Assembly (NCBI GenBank): GCA_964490105.1
Contig: CAZAZU010000001.1
Coordinates: 86,706 to 150,705 of the forward strand
Direction of reading: 5' to 3'
Length of the DNA: 64,000 bases
DNA from: an uncultured Gammaproteobacteria bacterium
GTDB taxonomy: Bacteria; Patescibacteriota; Microgenomatia; Levybacterales; UBA12049
Shown: piece by piece, positions 29,810 through 38,984 of the stretch
How positions within the stretch are numbered: position 1 is the stretch's first letter
Layout: every line of letters starts with the position of its first letter
Translations under genes and position numbers: made by a program
The notes under the pieces: model-generated
Databases searched by the model: none
What the model saw: only the letters and a program-made list of their open reading frames with translations
What the model was told of the DNA's origin: nothing

Positions 29810-29920
29810 ATATTTTTTAACATCACAAAATCCACAGATGCGATTGATATATTTACATTTTTTATTAAGATCGATATGATAGGGAAATCAAGCCCTTGAA
29901 GTAATTCAAGGCGGAAGGGG

Positions 29921-30232
29921 GTGAATGTTATGGACGATCAAAATAATCCAACGGTTGGAACTCCAGACCCAAATGCAGGTGGAATGCCACCTCAAGATCC
30001 AGGAGTAGGAGGGGGAATGCCAGCACAGGATCCTAATGCAGGGGGAGGAGTAACTCCACCACCAGCAGAAAATCCAGGAGCAGGAGAAGCACCGGCAGTT
30101 GACCCAAATCAGGGGTGGACACCGCCACCTGCACCCTCAACGCCACCAGCAGCTGACCCAAGCGCAGGAGTACCTGCCGGAGAACCAGCTCAGGGTGGAG
30201 GAGACCAGGGAACAGGACAAGGAGTAGTTTAA
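29921..30232 (+). CDS. Gly/Pro-rich low-complexity repeat protein
   Basis: 103 aa. SD AAGGGGGTGA. Repeating D-P-N-A-G-G-G-(M/V)-P units. The nucleotide sequence shows approximately 30-bp degenerate tandem repeats. Confidence 0.4.
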   Translation: MNVMDDQNNPTVGTPDPNAGGMPPQDPGVGGGMPAQDPNAGGGVTPPPAENPGAGEAPAVDPNQGWTPPPAPSTPPAADPSAGVPAGEPAQGGGDQGTGQGVV

Positions 30233-30264
30233 ATTTCTCTTTGAATTTTTGTTTCGAAACAAAA

Positions 30265-30303
30265 ATAGACTAGCAAAATTTGGAAGCTAGTCTATTTTTT
30301 TGT
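30265..30303. terminator. bidirectional rho-independent terminator (10-bp stem ATAGACTAGC/GCTAGTCTAT) with T-tracts on both sides
   Basis: Hairpin 30265-30295 plus TTTTTTT. The reverse complement is followed by TTTTGTTT. Lies between convergent 29921-30232(+) and tRNA(-). The palindrome TTGTTTCGAAACAA lies just upstream. Confidence 0.65.
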
Positions 30304-30313
30304 TTAATGCTAG

Positions 30314-30397
30314 TACCGGGGGAGGGATTCGAACCCTCAAGAGTTTTAAGCCCACGGGTTTTTGAGACCCGCGTGTATACCGTTCCACCACCCCGGC
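30314..30397 (-). tRNA. tRNA (type II, long variable arm), anticodon CAA -> Leu
   Basis: Reverse complement GCCGGGGTGGTGGAACGGTATACACGCGGGTCTCAAAAACCCG...GAGGGTTCGAATCCCTCCCCCGGTA. Acceptor stem 7 bp. T-loop TTCGAAT. Anticodon loop CTCAAAA. CCA not encoded. Confidence 0.65.
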
Positions 30398-30442
30398 GAT
30401 TAAATATGGATTTTTAGCCTTGTTTATTATATACTTTCAACT

Positions 30443-31399
30443 ATGACACTTCAACAAATTTACGATTTGGCGATCCAGATGGGAATGGACGCTGATCCAA
30501 GGGGAAGAAAAAGAGTAGAAGAACTTCTTAAAAGAAGAAAAAAAGAGTTAGATGAAATCTCTCCTAAAAAGAAACAATACTTTGATAATGAAACCACTAC
30601 AAATCCTTATTCGGATACAAGGATTTTATATGGAGATCCTAAAAAAGAAATAAAGAAGATTTTAGTTGGAATTGATCCTGATGCCACAGAATTATTGCTT
30701 GCAGATCGCCTAAATCAAAAAGGAGAAAAAATCGATGCTCTTATCGGTCATCATCCAGTGGGAGTTTCGCTAGCTGCGCTTCATGATGTGATGGATATTC
30801 AGATTGATAGTTATGCGAAAGCAGGAGTCCCAGTTAATATCATGGATGCTCTCATGCGCGAGCGAATGGATGATGTAAAAAGGAAGATTCATCCAAGTAA
30901 CCATAACCAGATTACAGACGTAGCCAGGCTTTTAGATATGCCGCTTGTCAGTCTTCATACAGTTTGGGATAACATAGGAGACAAATTTATGGAAAATTAT
31001 TTATCGAAAAGAGATTTCGAAACAGTAGATGAGATAGTTGATTATTTAATGGAGCTCCCTGAATATCAGGAGGCAACAAGGGGCAAAAATGCACCTGAAA
31101 TAGTTTCAGGAGGTCCAAAGAGCAGGGTAGGAAAAATTGCAATATTTTTCACAGGAGGAACTAATCCATCTAAAGAAGCATATGCAGAACTCGCGCGTGC
31201 CGGTGTGGGGACAATAGTTGATATGCACATTCCAGAAGACGGTCTTAAGGAAGCTAAAAAAATGCATATGAATGTAATTAATGCAGGTCACATGGCATCG
31301 GACTCAATTGGCGCAAATATATTTTTAGACGAAATTGAAAAGAGGGGAGTAGAGGTTATAGCCGTTTCAGGTTTAATCCGCGTAAAGAAAAAGAAATGA
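30443..31399 (+). CDS. Nif3-family dinuclear-metal-centre protein
   Basis: 318 aa. HHP motif (IGHHPVGVS) and overall Nif3/YqfO-like length. Moderate. Confidence 0.45.
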   Translation: MTLQQIYDLAIQMGMDADPRGRKRVEELLKRRKKELDEISPKKKQYFDNETTTNPYSDTRILYGDPKKEIKKILVGIDPDATELLLADRLNQKGEKIDALIGHHPVGVSLAALHDVMDIQIDSYAKAGVPVNIMDALMRERMDDVKRKIHPSNHNQITDVARLLDMPLVSLHTVWDNIGDKFMENYLSKRDFETVDEIVDYLMELPEYQEATRGKNAPEIVSGGPKSRVGKIAIFFTGGTNPSKEAYAELARAGVGTIVDMHIPEDGLKEAKKMHMNVINAGHMASDSIGANIFLDEIEKRGVEVIAVSGLIRVKKKK

Positions 31400-31956
31400 T
31401 TGGCGTACAAGAGCTTCGAGCAGGCACAGTTTTTGAAGAGGACGGAAATTTATATGTAGTGATCTCCTACGAACATATTAAGATGGGGAGAGGATCTGCA
31501 AATATAAAAGTTAAAGTTAGAAATATAAGACAAGGATCTACTACTGAAAAAGGATTTACCAATAACGCAAAAGTTAAAAACGTGCAGGTTTTTAAAAGGG
31601 ATGTCCAGTATTTATATAAAGACGGAGACAATGCATATTTTATGGATCCATCATCTTTCGAGCAAATTTCTGTTCCGCTGGCTCTCATCGGAACAGATGC
31701 TGCTTATTTAAAAGAAGGAGAGAGCTTTAATGTTTCATTCTTGGGTAGTGAGGCATTAGCTTTAAATCTCCCACCTAAAATGGATTTTGTAATTACAGAT
31801 GCAGACCCTGGTGTAAAGGGAAATTCTGCTTCAAATATTTATAAAGATGCCACATTAGATAATGGATTGAAAACTCGCGTTCCTCTTTTTATAAAAATAG
31901 GGGATAAAGTAAGAATCGACACAAGAACCGGAGAATACAGTCAAAAAGTCAATTAA
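31396..31956 (+). CDS. efp: elongation factor P
   Basis: 186 aa. N-terminal KOW-like domain (ELRAGTVFEEDGNLYVV...GRGSA). Three-domain EF-P length. Confidence 0.85.
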   Translation: MIGVQELRAGTVFEEDGNLYVVISYEHIKMGRGSANIKVKVRNIRQGSTTEKGFTNNAKVKNVQVFKRDVQYLYKDGDNAYFMDPSSFEQISVPLALIGTDAAYLKEGESFNVSFLGSEALALNLPPKMDFVITDADPGVKGNSASNIYKDATLDNGLKTRVPLFIKIGDKVRIDTRTGEYSQKVN

Positions 31957-31958
31957 TT

Positions 31959-33212
31959 ATGCGAAGCCCCTTTTTAAAGGTTCTTTCTATTTCTTCTTTT
32001 TCGTATCTTCTAATCTCTGAATTTTTCTCGCAATTTGCGATGAATCTTCTTAACTTTACGCTTCTAATTGTAGTGTTTCAGTTGTCAGCTTCTAATACTG
32101 CCGTAGCAGGAGTTGTTCTATCTTTTACGCTCCCGTCAATTTTATTTGGAATAATTGCAGGAGTTTATGTAGATAAATGGAACAAGAAGCATGTCTTGGT
32201 TTACACAAATGTCTTAAGAGCTTTGGCAGCATTTCCTCTAATTTTTATTTCCCATGAATTATTTTTTGTATATGTTTTAAGTTTTCTAATTTCTCTTATA
32301 ACGCAATTTTTTATCCCTGCTGAAACTCCTATCATTCCTCTTCTGGTTCCCAAGAAATATTTAATTACTGCAAACGCCCTTTTTAGTATGGGGATTTTTG
32401 GATCTATCATTGTAGCTTATGCTTTGTCGGGACCGCTTTTACTTATATTTGGGAAAACAAATGTATTTATCTTTATCACATTTCTATTTGCAGTATCCGC
32501 TATCTTTGCGTACTTAATAAGATTTAAATATGACAAGCCTAAAGAAAAGATAAAGATAAATTTTTTTGAAGAAGTGAGGGATGCTTTTTCTTTTATGGCA
32601 AAGAAAGATAAAGTATATCACTCTCTATTCCTTTTAACTCTTCTTCAGACGCTAATTTTAGTAATTGCAGTAATTGGTCCTGGTTATGCTGAGAATATTC
32701 TTCATATCGATGTAGAGAAATTCCCGGCGCTTTTCGTGACACCAGCAGTAGTTGGAATGAGCATAGGTGCAGTTTTGATTGGTAATTATTGGCACAACAA
32801 GCCAAAGCAAGTACTAGCTAAAATAGGACTTTTAATAATTGGAATTGTAATACTTCTTTTTCCATACGGATATTTAATAACTTCTCAGGAAACAGTAAGA
32901 AATGTTAATAGTTATATGCCTACTCTCTTGAGTATAAATGATGTTCATATAATGATATTTTTGGCCGTTATAGTAGGATTTGCATTCTCGCTGGTTTTTG
33001 TTCCATCTAACACTTTAATTCAGGAGGAGACTACAGATAGACAACGTGGTAAAATCTATGGATCGTTAAATACTTTAGTCGGAATTGTCTCAATTGTTCC
33101 TATTTTGGGAGTAGGGGCATTAGCAGATTTAATAGGAGTTTCTAAAGTTATTACGTTAATTGGAGTTTCAGTAATTGGAATAGCGCTTTTAAGAATATTT
33201 AAATTTAAATAA
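31959..33212 (+). CDS. MFS transporter
   Basis: 417 aa, 12 TM helices. GxxxDKxxxK-like motif (VYVDKWNKKHV) in loop 2-3. Confidence 0.6.
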   Translation: MRSPFLKVLSISSFSYLLISEFFSQFAMNLLNFTLLIVVFQLSASNTAVAGVVLSFTLPSILFGIIAGVYVDKWNKKHVLVYTNVLRALAAFPLIFISHELFFVYVLSFLISLITQFFIPAETPIIPLLVPKKYLITANALFSMGIFGSIIVAYALSGPLLLIFGKTNVFIFITFLFAVSAIFAYLIRFKYDKPKEKIKINFFEEVRDAFSFMAKKDKVYHSLFLLTLLQTLILVIAVIGPGYAENILHIDVEKFPALFVTPAVVGMSIGAVLIGNYWHNKPKQVLAKIGLLIIGIVILLFPYGYLITSQETVRNVNSYMPTLLSINDVHIMIFLAVIVGFAFSLVFVPSNTLIQEETTDRQRGKIYGSLNTLVGIVSIVPILGVGALADLIGVSKVITLIGVSVIGIALLRIFKFK

Positions 33213-33213
33213 T

Positions 33214-33912
33214 ATGCAGTTCTTTATTTTTGTTTTAGTAATTTGTTTAGTTTTATTTCTTTATAGAATTTATCATTTAGCAAATGATGATTATGTCTTA
33301 ATTAAAAAAAACATAACACTTGAAGACATTTTTAATGCTGTATTTGTTTGTTCATTAGTGTCTCTTTTATTTTCGCGCCTTTTTTATGTATTAATGAATC
33401 CGGACCCAGTATTTATTAATCCACTTGGTTTTTTACTTTTTCCATATTTTCCAGGTCTCTCAATAACAGGTGCAATCCTTGGGGGAGCATTAGCGTTATT
33501 CTTTTTTTGCAGAAAGAAAAAAATTCCAAGAGCTAGAGTTTTTGATTTCTTCTCGATGGCATTTATTTTTGTTTTACCTTTTGGATTTCTTGGATACTTT
33601 CTTTTGTCCCAGGATTTTACAACAGGCACTATTGTTAAATTTGCTTTATATACGGTAATTCTAATTGCTTCAAATATTTATCTATACCCAAAAGCAAGCT
33701 CACTTGAAATAAAAGACGGGACAATTAGCGCATTATTTTTGGTATTTTTCTCTTTAATTTCTCTTTTATCTAGCGCAATCGATAATCCTGGAACAAATTA
33801 TTTCATAACTCACAAGGAAAATTTTATTTTACTTTCGATTCTTTTTGTGTCTATAGGAATTATTATTAAACAAGAATTGACAGGTAGAATATCACTTAAG
33901 AATGGAAAATAA
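33214..33912 (+). CDS. hypothetical polytopic membrane protein
   Basis: 232 aa, about 6 TM helices. I considered Lgt but the GRIGNF signature is missing. Confidence 0.35.
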   Translation: MQFFIFVLVICLVLFLYRIYHLANDDYVLIKKNITLEDIFNAVFVCSLVSLLFSRLFYVLMNPDPVFINPLGFLLFPYFPGLSITGAILGGALALFFFCRKKKIPRARVFDFFSMAFIFVLPFGFLGYFLLSQDFTTGTIVKFALYTVILIASNIYLYPKASSLEIKDGTISALFLVFFSLISLLSSAIDNPGTNYFITHKENFILLSILFVSIGIIIKQELTGRISLKNGK

Positions 33913-34630
33913 TTTAAAAATTTTATTTGAAAATGTAGATTATTTAGTAATTGAAAAACCTGCGGGAATTACAGTAAACAGATCAGATACGACTTCAAAA
34001 GAAATAACCCTTCAGGATTTAATCGAAAAAGAAAACAAGATTAACCCATCTGACCCTGACCAGGAATTTTTAGAAAGGTCGGGAATAGTTCATAGACTTG
34101 ATAAGGAGACTTCAGGAGCCATAATAATTGCAAAAAATTCTAAAGCCTTTAGAGAACTTCAGAGACAATTTAAAGAGAGAATTGTTGAGAAAAGTTACAT
34201 TGCTCTAGCTCACGGGGAAATTAAGCCTGAAAAAGGAGAGATAAACGTGCCAGTCGGCAGACTTCCTTGGAATAGAAAAAGATTTGGAGTAATTGCTGGG
34301 GGAAGGGAAGCATTAACTTACTATGAAGTAGAGAAGTATTATCAGTTTGAACGGGAAACATTAACTTTGGTCAGATTATTTCCCAAAACCGGAAGAACAC
34401 ACCAGATTAGGGTGCATTTAAAGCATATTAATCACCCGATATTTTCTGATCCTTTGTATGGAGGAAGAAAAGTTTCAATATCAGACAGAAAAATTTTACA
34501 CCGGGTATTCCTTCATGCAGAGCAGATTTCTTTTTTAGATCCAAGAACGGGGGATAAAGTTAGTTATAAAAGTGAGTTATCGGATGATTTAGTTAGATTT
34601 TTGAAGTTGATTTCGAGTTCAAGAAATTGA
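33902..34630 (+). CDS. RluA-family pseudouridine synthase
   Basis: 242 aa. Catalytic HRLDKETSGAIIIAKN motif. Confidence 0.75.
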   Translation: MENNLKILFENVDYLVIEKPAGITVNRSDTTSKEITLQDLIEKENKINPSDPDQEFLERSGIVHRLDKETSGAIIIAKNSKAFRELQRQFKERIVEKSYIALAHGEIKPEKGEINVPVGRLPWNRKRFGVIAGGREALTYYEVEKYYQFERETLTLVRLFPKTGRTHQIRVHLKHINHPIFSDPLYGGRKVSISDRKILHRVFLHAEQISFLDPRTGDKVSYKSELSDDLVRFLKLISSSRN

Positions 34631-34655
34631 TAGACTTTAATTAGGAGGTGAGTTT

Positions 34656-34790
34656 ATGCCAGGATTTGGTGGATTTTACAAAGGAGAAAAGAAAAAGGCA
34701 AAAAAAGGTAAGGACGGGAAGGTGATTTCTTCAAACGCTCCTACTTATGTTATGCCTGAGCTGATCTCCAAAAAGAAAAAAGATTGGTAA
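34656..34790 (+). CDS. small basic protein (44 aa), not in ORF track
   Basis: ATG 34656 with SD AGGAGGTGA 7 nt upstream. MPGFGGFYKGEKKKAKKGKDGKVISSNAPTYVMPELISKKKKDW. Its TAA overlaps the next ATG (TAATG). Confidence 0.35.
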   Translation: MPGFGGFYKGEKKKAKKGKDGKVISSNAPTYVMPELISKKKKDW

Positions 34791-35569
34791 TGAAAAAAGC
34801 TAAGAAGGAGAACATCAAGAGTATTAATCTTGCTCTTTATTTTGGTCTTTTAGTTCTTCTAATAATCATAATTTCAGTCTCATTTAAAACAATCGACATA
34901 GTAAGAAAAAGTGAATTTGATAGCAAGAATCGATTTACAGTCGCTGTTTTGAATGATAAAAACGTGGATTTAATTTCTGTAAATCCAACTAGCGGAGAGC
35001 AAATTGGAATTAGAGTAGAAAATGCAGGAAGCTTAGAAGCAGTGGAGAATTTTTCTATTCCAATTGATGTTCATGTTGAGACAAATTCAAGTTTTTCATC
35101 TGAATCAAAAAGTGTTTTTTTGAAAATGCTCCTTAATAAAAGAGGGCTTGAATCGACTCTAAATGTTTTGGATCTTTTGAAATTAAGTATCTATTCATTT
35201 GGTGTTGATGGTGAGAATTTTTCATATCAAAATATTGAATCTGACAGCATAAATGAACTTAATAGTCTTTCATCGAGTGAATTTATAGATGAAGCCATGT
35301 CTCAAGATAAGGTGAGTATTCAAGTAACAAACTCAACTGAAATAGGAGGTCTCGGAAATAAAATCGCAAAAACAATTACAAATCTTGGGGGAAATGTAGT
35401 TCTGGTTAATTCTTCTAAAGAAGAAATAGAGGAGTCAGTAATCTACTATAAAGAAAATTCTTATACTGTTGAAAAACTATCAAAAGTTTTGGATATTAAA
35501 ACTGAAAAAAATGAAACAAATTCAATTGCAGATATAATTATTGTTTTAGGGAAGGATCAAGAAGAATGA
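34790..35569 (+). CDS. membrane-anchored LytR_C (LCP C-terminal)-domain protein
   Basis: ATG at 34790; the track start at 34784 is a TTG. N-terminal TM. C-terminal segment KVSIQVTNSTEIGGLGNKIAKTITNLGGNVV is typical of LytR_C. Confidence 0.45.
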   Translation: MKKAKKENIKSINLALYFGLLVLLIIIISVSFKTIDIVRKSEFDSKNRFTVAVLNDKNVDLISVNPTSGEQIGIRVENAGSLEAVENFSIPIDVHVETNSSFSSESKSVFLKMLLNKRGLESTLNVLDLLKLSIYSFGVDGENFSYQNIESDSINELNSLSSSEFIDEAMSQDKVSIQVTNSTEIGGLGNKIAKTITNLGGNVVLVNSSKEEIEESVIYYKENSYTVEKLSKVLDIKTEKNETNSIADIIIVLGKDQEE

Positions 35570-35699
35570 ATATTTTAATTTGGATTGTAATTATCGCATT
35601 GGTGTCATTTTTCTGGGCATTTCTGGCTCTTAAAAAAGAGAAAAATAAAAAAGAATTAAGTGAAGCACAAAAAGATATATCGAAGGGGAGAGTTATATA

Positions 35700-36401
35700 T
35701 CACTCTTCTGATGATTCGTCAGTTTCTTCTTCGTCATAATCTGCATTTTTCTTAGCTTTTCCTTTGTTTGCCTTTTTAAGACTTAATTTCTTTTCTATTA
35801 CATGCAAGAATGAGGGCTGATCCTTAAACTTAGCGGCTCTTTTCAGTTCTCTAATAAAAATAGTTACATTTTGATGATTTGATGATTTAACAAAAGCTTC
35901 ATATTTATTCCCGCCATTAATAAACTTAATTAGCCTTTTTCCGATATCATCAGGCAAAACTCCTATATACTTTTTGCCCTGAGAAATAAATATCTTTAAT
36001 CTCTTCGCTGATAGATCTAGAGCTTGACCAGTTCTTAAGGTATTTAGTACTTCAGCCTGAGCTAGGTTTATTAGGTCGACAACTTTTGTTTTACCAGTTT
36101 CCTCGATAAAAATATTGTTCATGTTAATTACGATTGTGGCTCCATTTTCATCATTTGAGTCAGCGGTAATTTTACTTAAGTTTTTCAGCGCAATTGAATT
36201 TAACGGATCAATTTCCAGCACTTTTTGATAAGTAGTTTTTGCAGATTTACTTTTGCCAAGAATTGTATAGGCGAGTCCCATTCTATTCAGGGCTTCAACG
36301 TCTCTTGGGTTATCATCAAGGAGAGTTTTGTTAAGTTTAATAGCTTCATCCCAGTTGCCTTTTAGTGTTGCTTGTATGGCGTGATTTGAAGTTATTTTCA
36401 T
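35700..36401 (-). CDS. TPR-repeat protein with acidic C-terminal tail
   Basis: 233 aa. N-terminal TPRs (AIQATLKGNWDEAIKLNKTLL...ALNRMGLAYTILGKSKSAKTTYQKVLEIDP). Confidence 0.45.
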   Translation of the reverse strand: MKITSNHAIQATLKGNWDEAIKLNKTLLDDNPRDVEALNRMGLAYTILGKSKSAKTTYQKVLEIDPLNSIALKNLSKITADSNDENGATIVINMNNIFIEETGKTKVVDLINLAQAEVLNTLRTGQALDLSAKRLKIFISQGKKYIGVLPDDIGKRLIKFINGGNKYEAFVKSSNHQNVTIFIRELKRAAKFKDQPSFLHVIEKKLSLKKANKGKAKKNADYDEEETDESSEE

Positions 36402-36479
36402 TGGGGATTTAATTGAAAAATTTTACTATTACAAATTGCAAAAGTCAATAATCAAATGGTAAAATGGAGAGATTAAATT

Positions 36480-37202
36480 ATGAGCGGACATTCTAAATGG
36501 TCAACAATTAAAAGACAAAAAGGCGCAGCTGATGTAAAGCGCGGTGCAACTTTCACGAAAATTTCTAATGCTATTACAATTGCGGTGAAACAGGGTGGGG
36601 GAATAGGAGACCCGGATCAGAACCCCAGGCTTCGTTTGGCGATAGAATTAGCAAGAAGCGCTAATATGCCAAAAGACAATATTGAACGCGCCATTACGAG
36701 AGCTACGAGCAAGGAGGCGGGAGATTTAACAGAGCTTACCTATGAAGGGTTTGCACCCGGTGGGGTAGCAGTATTAGTTGAAGCGGTTACGGACAATGCA
36801 AATAGAACAACTAGTGAGGTAAAAAGTCTTTTTAATAAATCAGGGGCAAGTTTTGCTGGTCCTGGAGCTGTTGCATATCAATTTGATCAAACAGGGGAGA
36901 TATCAGTTTTAAAGAATGGAAAGTCAATTGATGATATTTTTCTTCAAGCAGCAGAATTAGGAGCTACGGACGTTGAAGATAGGGGAGAAGAGGTAGCTGT
37001 TTACACTCAAGTTGTAGATTTATCTAAAATTAAAGAGGGACTTATTGCGTCGGGAATTGAAGTAACAGGAGCTGAAATTTCAAGAAAACCTAAGAACGCT
37101 ATGTCTGTCGGGGAAGAACAGAAGGAAAAAATAGTTAATTTCCTGTCAGCGCTTGAGGACATGGATGATATACAAAAAGTTTATTCCAATGTCAGTCTTT
37201 AA
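36480..37202 (+). CDS. yebC: YebC/PmpR-family DNA-binding transcriptional regulator
   Basis: 240 aa. MSGHSKWSTIKRQKGAADVKRG is the diagnostic N-terminus. Confidence 0.85.
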   Translation: MSGHSKWSTIKRQKGAADVKRGATFTKISNAITIAVKQGGGIGDPDQNPRLRLAIELARSANMPKDNIERAITRATSKEAGDLTELTYEGFAPGGVAVLVEAVTDNANRTTSEVKSLFNKSGASFAGPGAVAYQFDQTGEISVLKNGKSIDDIFLQAAELGATDVEDRGEEVAVYTQVVDLSKIKEGLIASGIEVTGAEISRKPKNAMSVGEEQKEKIVNFLSALEDMDDIQKVYSNVSL

Positions 37203-38006
37203 ATGAAGTTTAAATCTTCTGCTTTTTTAAAAAAGAATATTTTCACAAAAAGACAACGCTTCGGTGTTGGTGTACTTATCCTCTCTATCTGTTTGTTTCT
37301 GGTTGAGCATTTCCTAACTAGATCCGGAATATATTTAGTTATTCTACTTTCTTTCTTGACCAATGGATTTCTATATTGGGCGCTTCACAAAGATCTTAAG
37401 GGTAATTTCACGCCACAGGTTTTTATCTTGCCTTTCCTTTATACACTTGCATTTGGTTTGTTCTATTTCTCACTTCCACCGCGTTTACTTGTGCAAACAT
37501 TTTTAACAGTTCTTTATGCAATAGGACTTTACTCTGCATTTCTGAGTCAAAACATTTTCACAATTTCAACCGTTAGAACTATAGCTTTATTATCAAGTGC
37601 TCGAACAGTTTCTTATGTTTTATCAATTTTCGTATACGCTTTTTTCACAAACACAGTATTTAGTTCTCAGTTAAGTTTTTTCATAATACTTCCTTTGATA
37701 TTTATCTATTCATTCCTTCTTATAGTTCATTCGTTGTGGACTTATACGCTGGAAAGGAAAGTAAAAACTGAAATTATTTGGGGAACATTCTTAAGTATCG
37801 CGTTAACTCAAATGTCATTCTTGTTATGGTTCTGGCCAAGTAAGCCACTGGTAATATCACTTTTCCTGACAGGTTTTTACTACATCATAGTAGGACTTGC
37901 TCACTTATGGTTTGAGAAAAGATTATTTAAATCAGTTCTATGGGAATATGTCTGGGTAGCTGTTTTCGTCTTTATAGTATTAGTAGTGTTTACTTCCTGG
38001 ACATAA
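37203..38006 (+). CDS. hypothetical polytopic membrane protein
   Basis: 267 aa, 7-8 TM helices. Confidence 0.4.
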   Translation: MKFKSSAFLKKNIFTKRQRFGVGVLILSICLFLVEHFLTRSGIYLVILLSFLTNGFLYWALHKDLKGNFTPQVFILPFLYTLAFGLFYFSLPPRLLVQTFLTVLYAIGLYSAFLSQNIFTISTVRTIALLSSARTVSYVLSIFVYAFFTNTVFSSQLSFFIILPLIFIYSFLLIVHSLWTYTLERKVKTEIIWGTFLSIALTQMSFLLWFWPSKPLVISLFLTGFYYIIVGLAHLWFEKRLFKSVLWEYVWVAVFVFIVLVVFTSWT

Positions 38007-38037
38007 AAAGGGAAGTGGAGGCTACTAATAGACCAAA

Positions 38038-38906
38038 ATTAAACTCCTATTCTATTATCAGGCACCAAATCGAAAAACATTTTAGGCACAAATTGAGGCT
38101 AAGCATTCTAAAAAATGTCATTAAATAAGACAGGGAAGAGGAGAGTGCTATGTGAGGCTAGTGATATAGTTTGATATGGGTAAGGGTGATATAGTGTGAT
38201 ATAGTTATTCAGCAAATTATTATAGGACTTAAATGGACAAATTTTAGCCTCATGCATGTAATTTCACGGGTTTTTACAACAATTTTCACAACCTCGCAGG
38301 TCCATACTCACGCCTACAGAGTACCGTAGATAGTTATGTTCTCAGATCGGGAAATGCGACGTGCGTTCATTATACGAAGATTATACTTTCTCTCCTTGCT
38401 CGCTATATTGGTCCTACACAAATCGAAAAAAATACGAACGCTGAGTTAATAACATTTTGAGGCTAAAAAATGTAGTTTAGCTTGATAGATCAATCTAAAT
38501 GTGATCTATGTGGATAACTCTACTTGTAGGGTACTAAGTGGTTTAGGATATTAAGCAAATTACTAACCATTTACACGTCCTAGGGAGTGATCCGTCCTTA
38601 AAACTAAACGTAGTGACTTATATCATTCTCTCTATAAGGATATAACTTTAAAAAAAAGACATATTAGGCGCTAGGAAGTAGAAACTGATAACGTCGTAGA
38701 ATAATACTTTTACGACGTCACGGAGGCTAGTATACCCGGAGAAGACCCTTTTTTCTTTCCAATTTTTCTCCTATATTTATTGAAATTTTATAATTCGTTT
38801 TACTTTCCGCTGTCAGATCTCTCTATTTATTTGAATTGCTTAAAATTATTCCGCTCCCCTGCTATAGGATACTATTTTATTTATAATTTGAGGCTAAATG
38901 AGGCTA
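38038..38906. repeat. ORF-free region with 8 dispersed copies of GAGGCTA(A) in both orientations, 3 tandem GTGATATAG, an inverted repeat and a DnaA-box-like TGTGGATAA
   Basis: GAGGCTA at 38038, 38115, 38174, 38265(rc), 38459, 38723, 38890 and 38900. GTGATATAG at 38181, 38206 and 38216. IR GATAGATCA-N9-TGATCTATG at 38484-38510. TGTGGATAA at 38509-38517. AT-rich block 38749-38815. Confidence 0.6.
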
Positions 38907-38984
38907 ATTTTCAATTACTATCACACTCATCCAGCCATAGAGTAGTGGTTATTCACGGACTTTTAAAGTAGAAAGGTTTATTGG

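Noticed and set aside
33214-33912. Prolipoprotein diacylglyceryl transferase (Lgt)
   Set aside because: Topology is similar but the Lgt signature (GRIGNF) is absent; left as a hypothetical membrane protein.
38780-38971. 63-aa ORF inside the noncoding region
   Set aside because: No RBS or promoter context, spans AT-rich low-complexity sequence and the GAGGCTA tandem pair; likely spurious.
38007-38984. CRISPR array or rRNA/large known ncRNA in the ORF-free kilobase
   Set aside because: Repeats are short (7-9 bp), irregularly spaced and in both orientations. No 16S/23S-like blocks, no tRNA T-loop (GTTCGAATC) or RNase P/tmRNA hallmark strings were seen.
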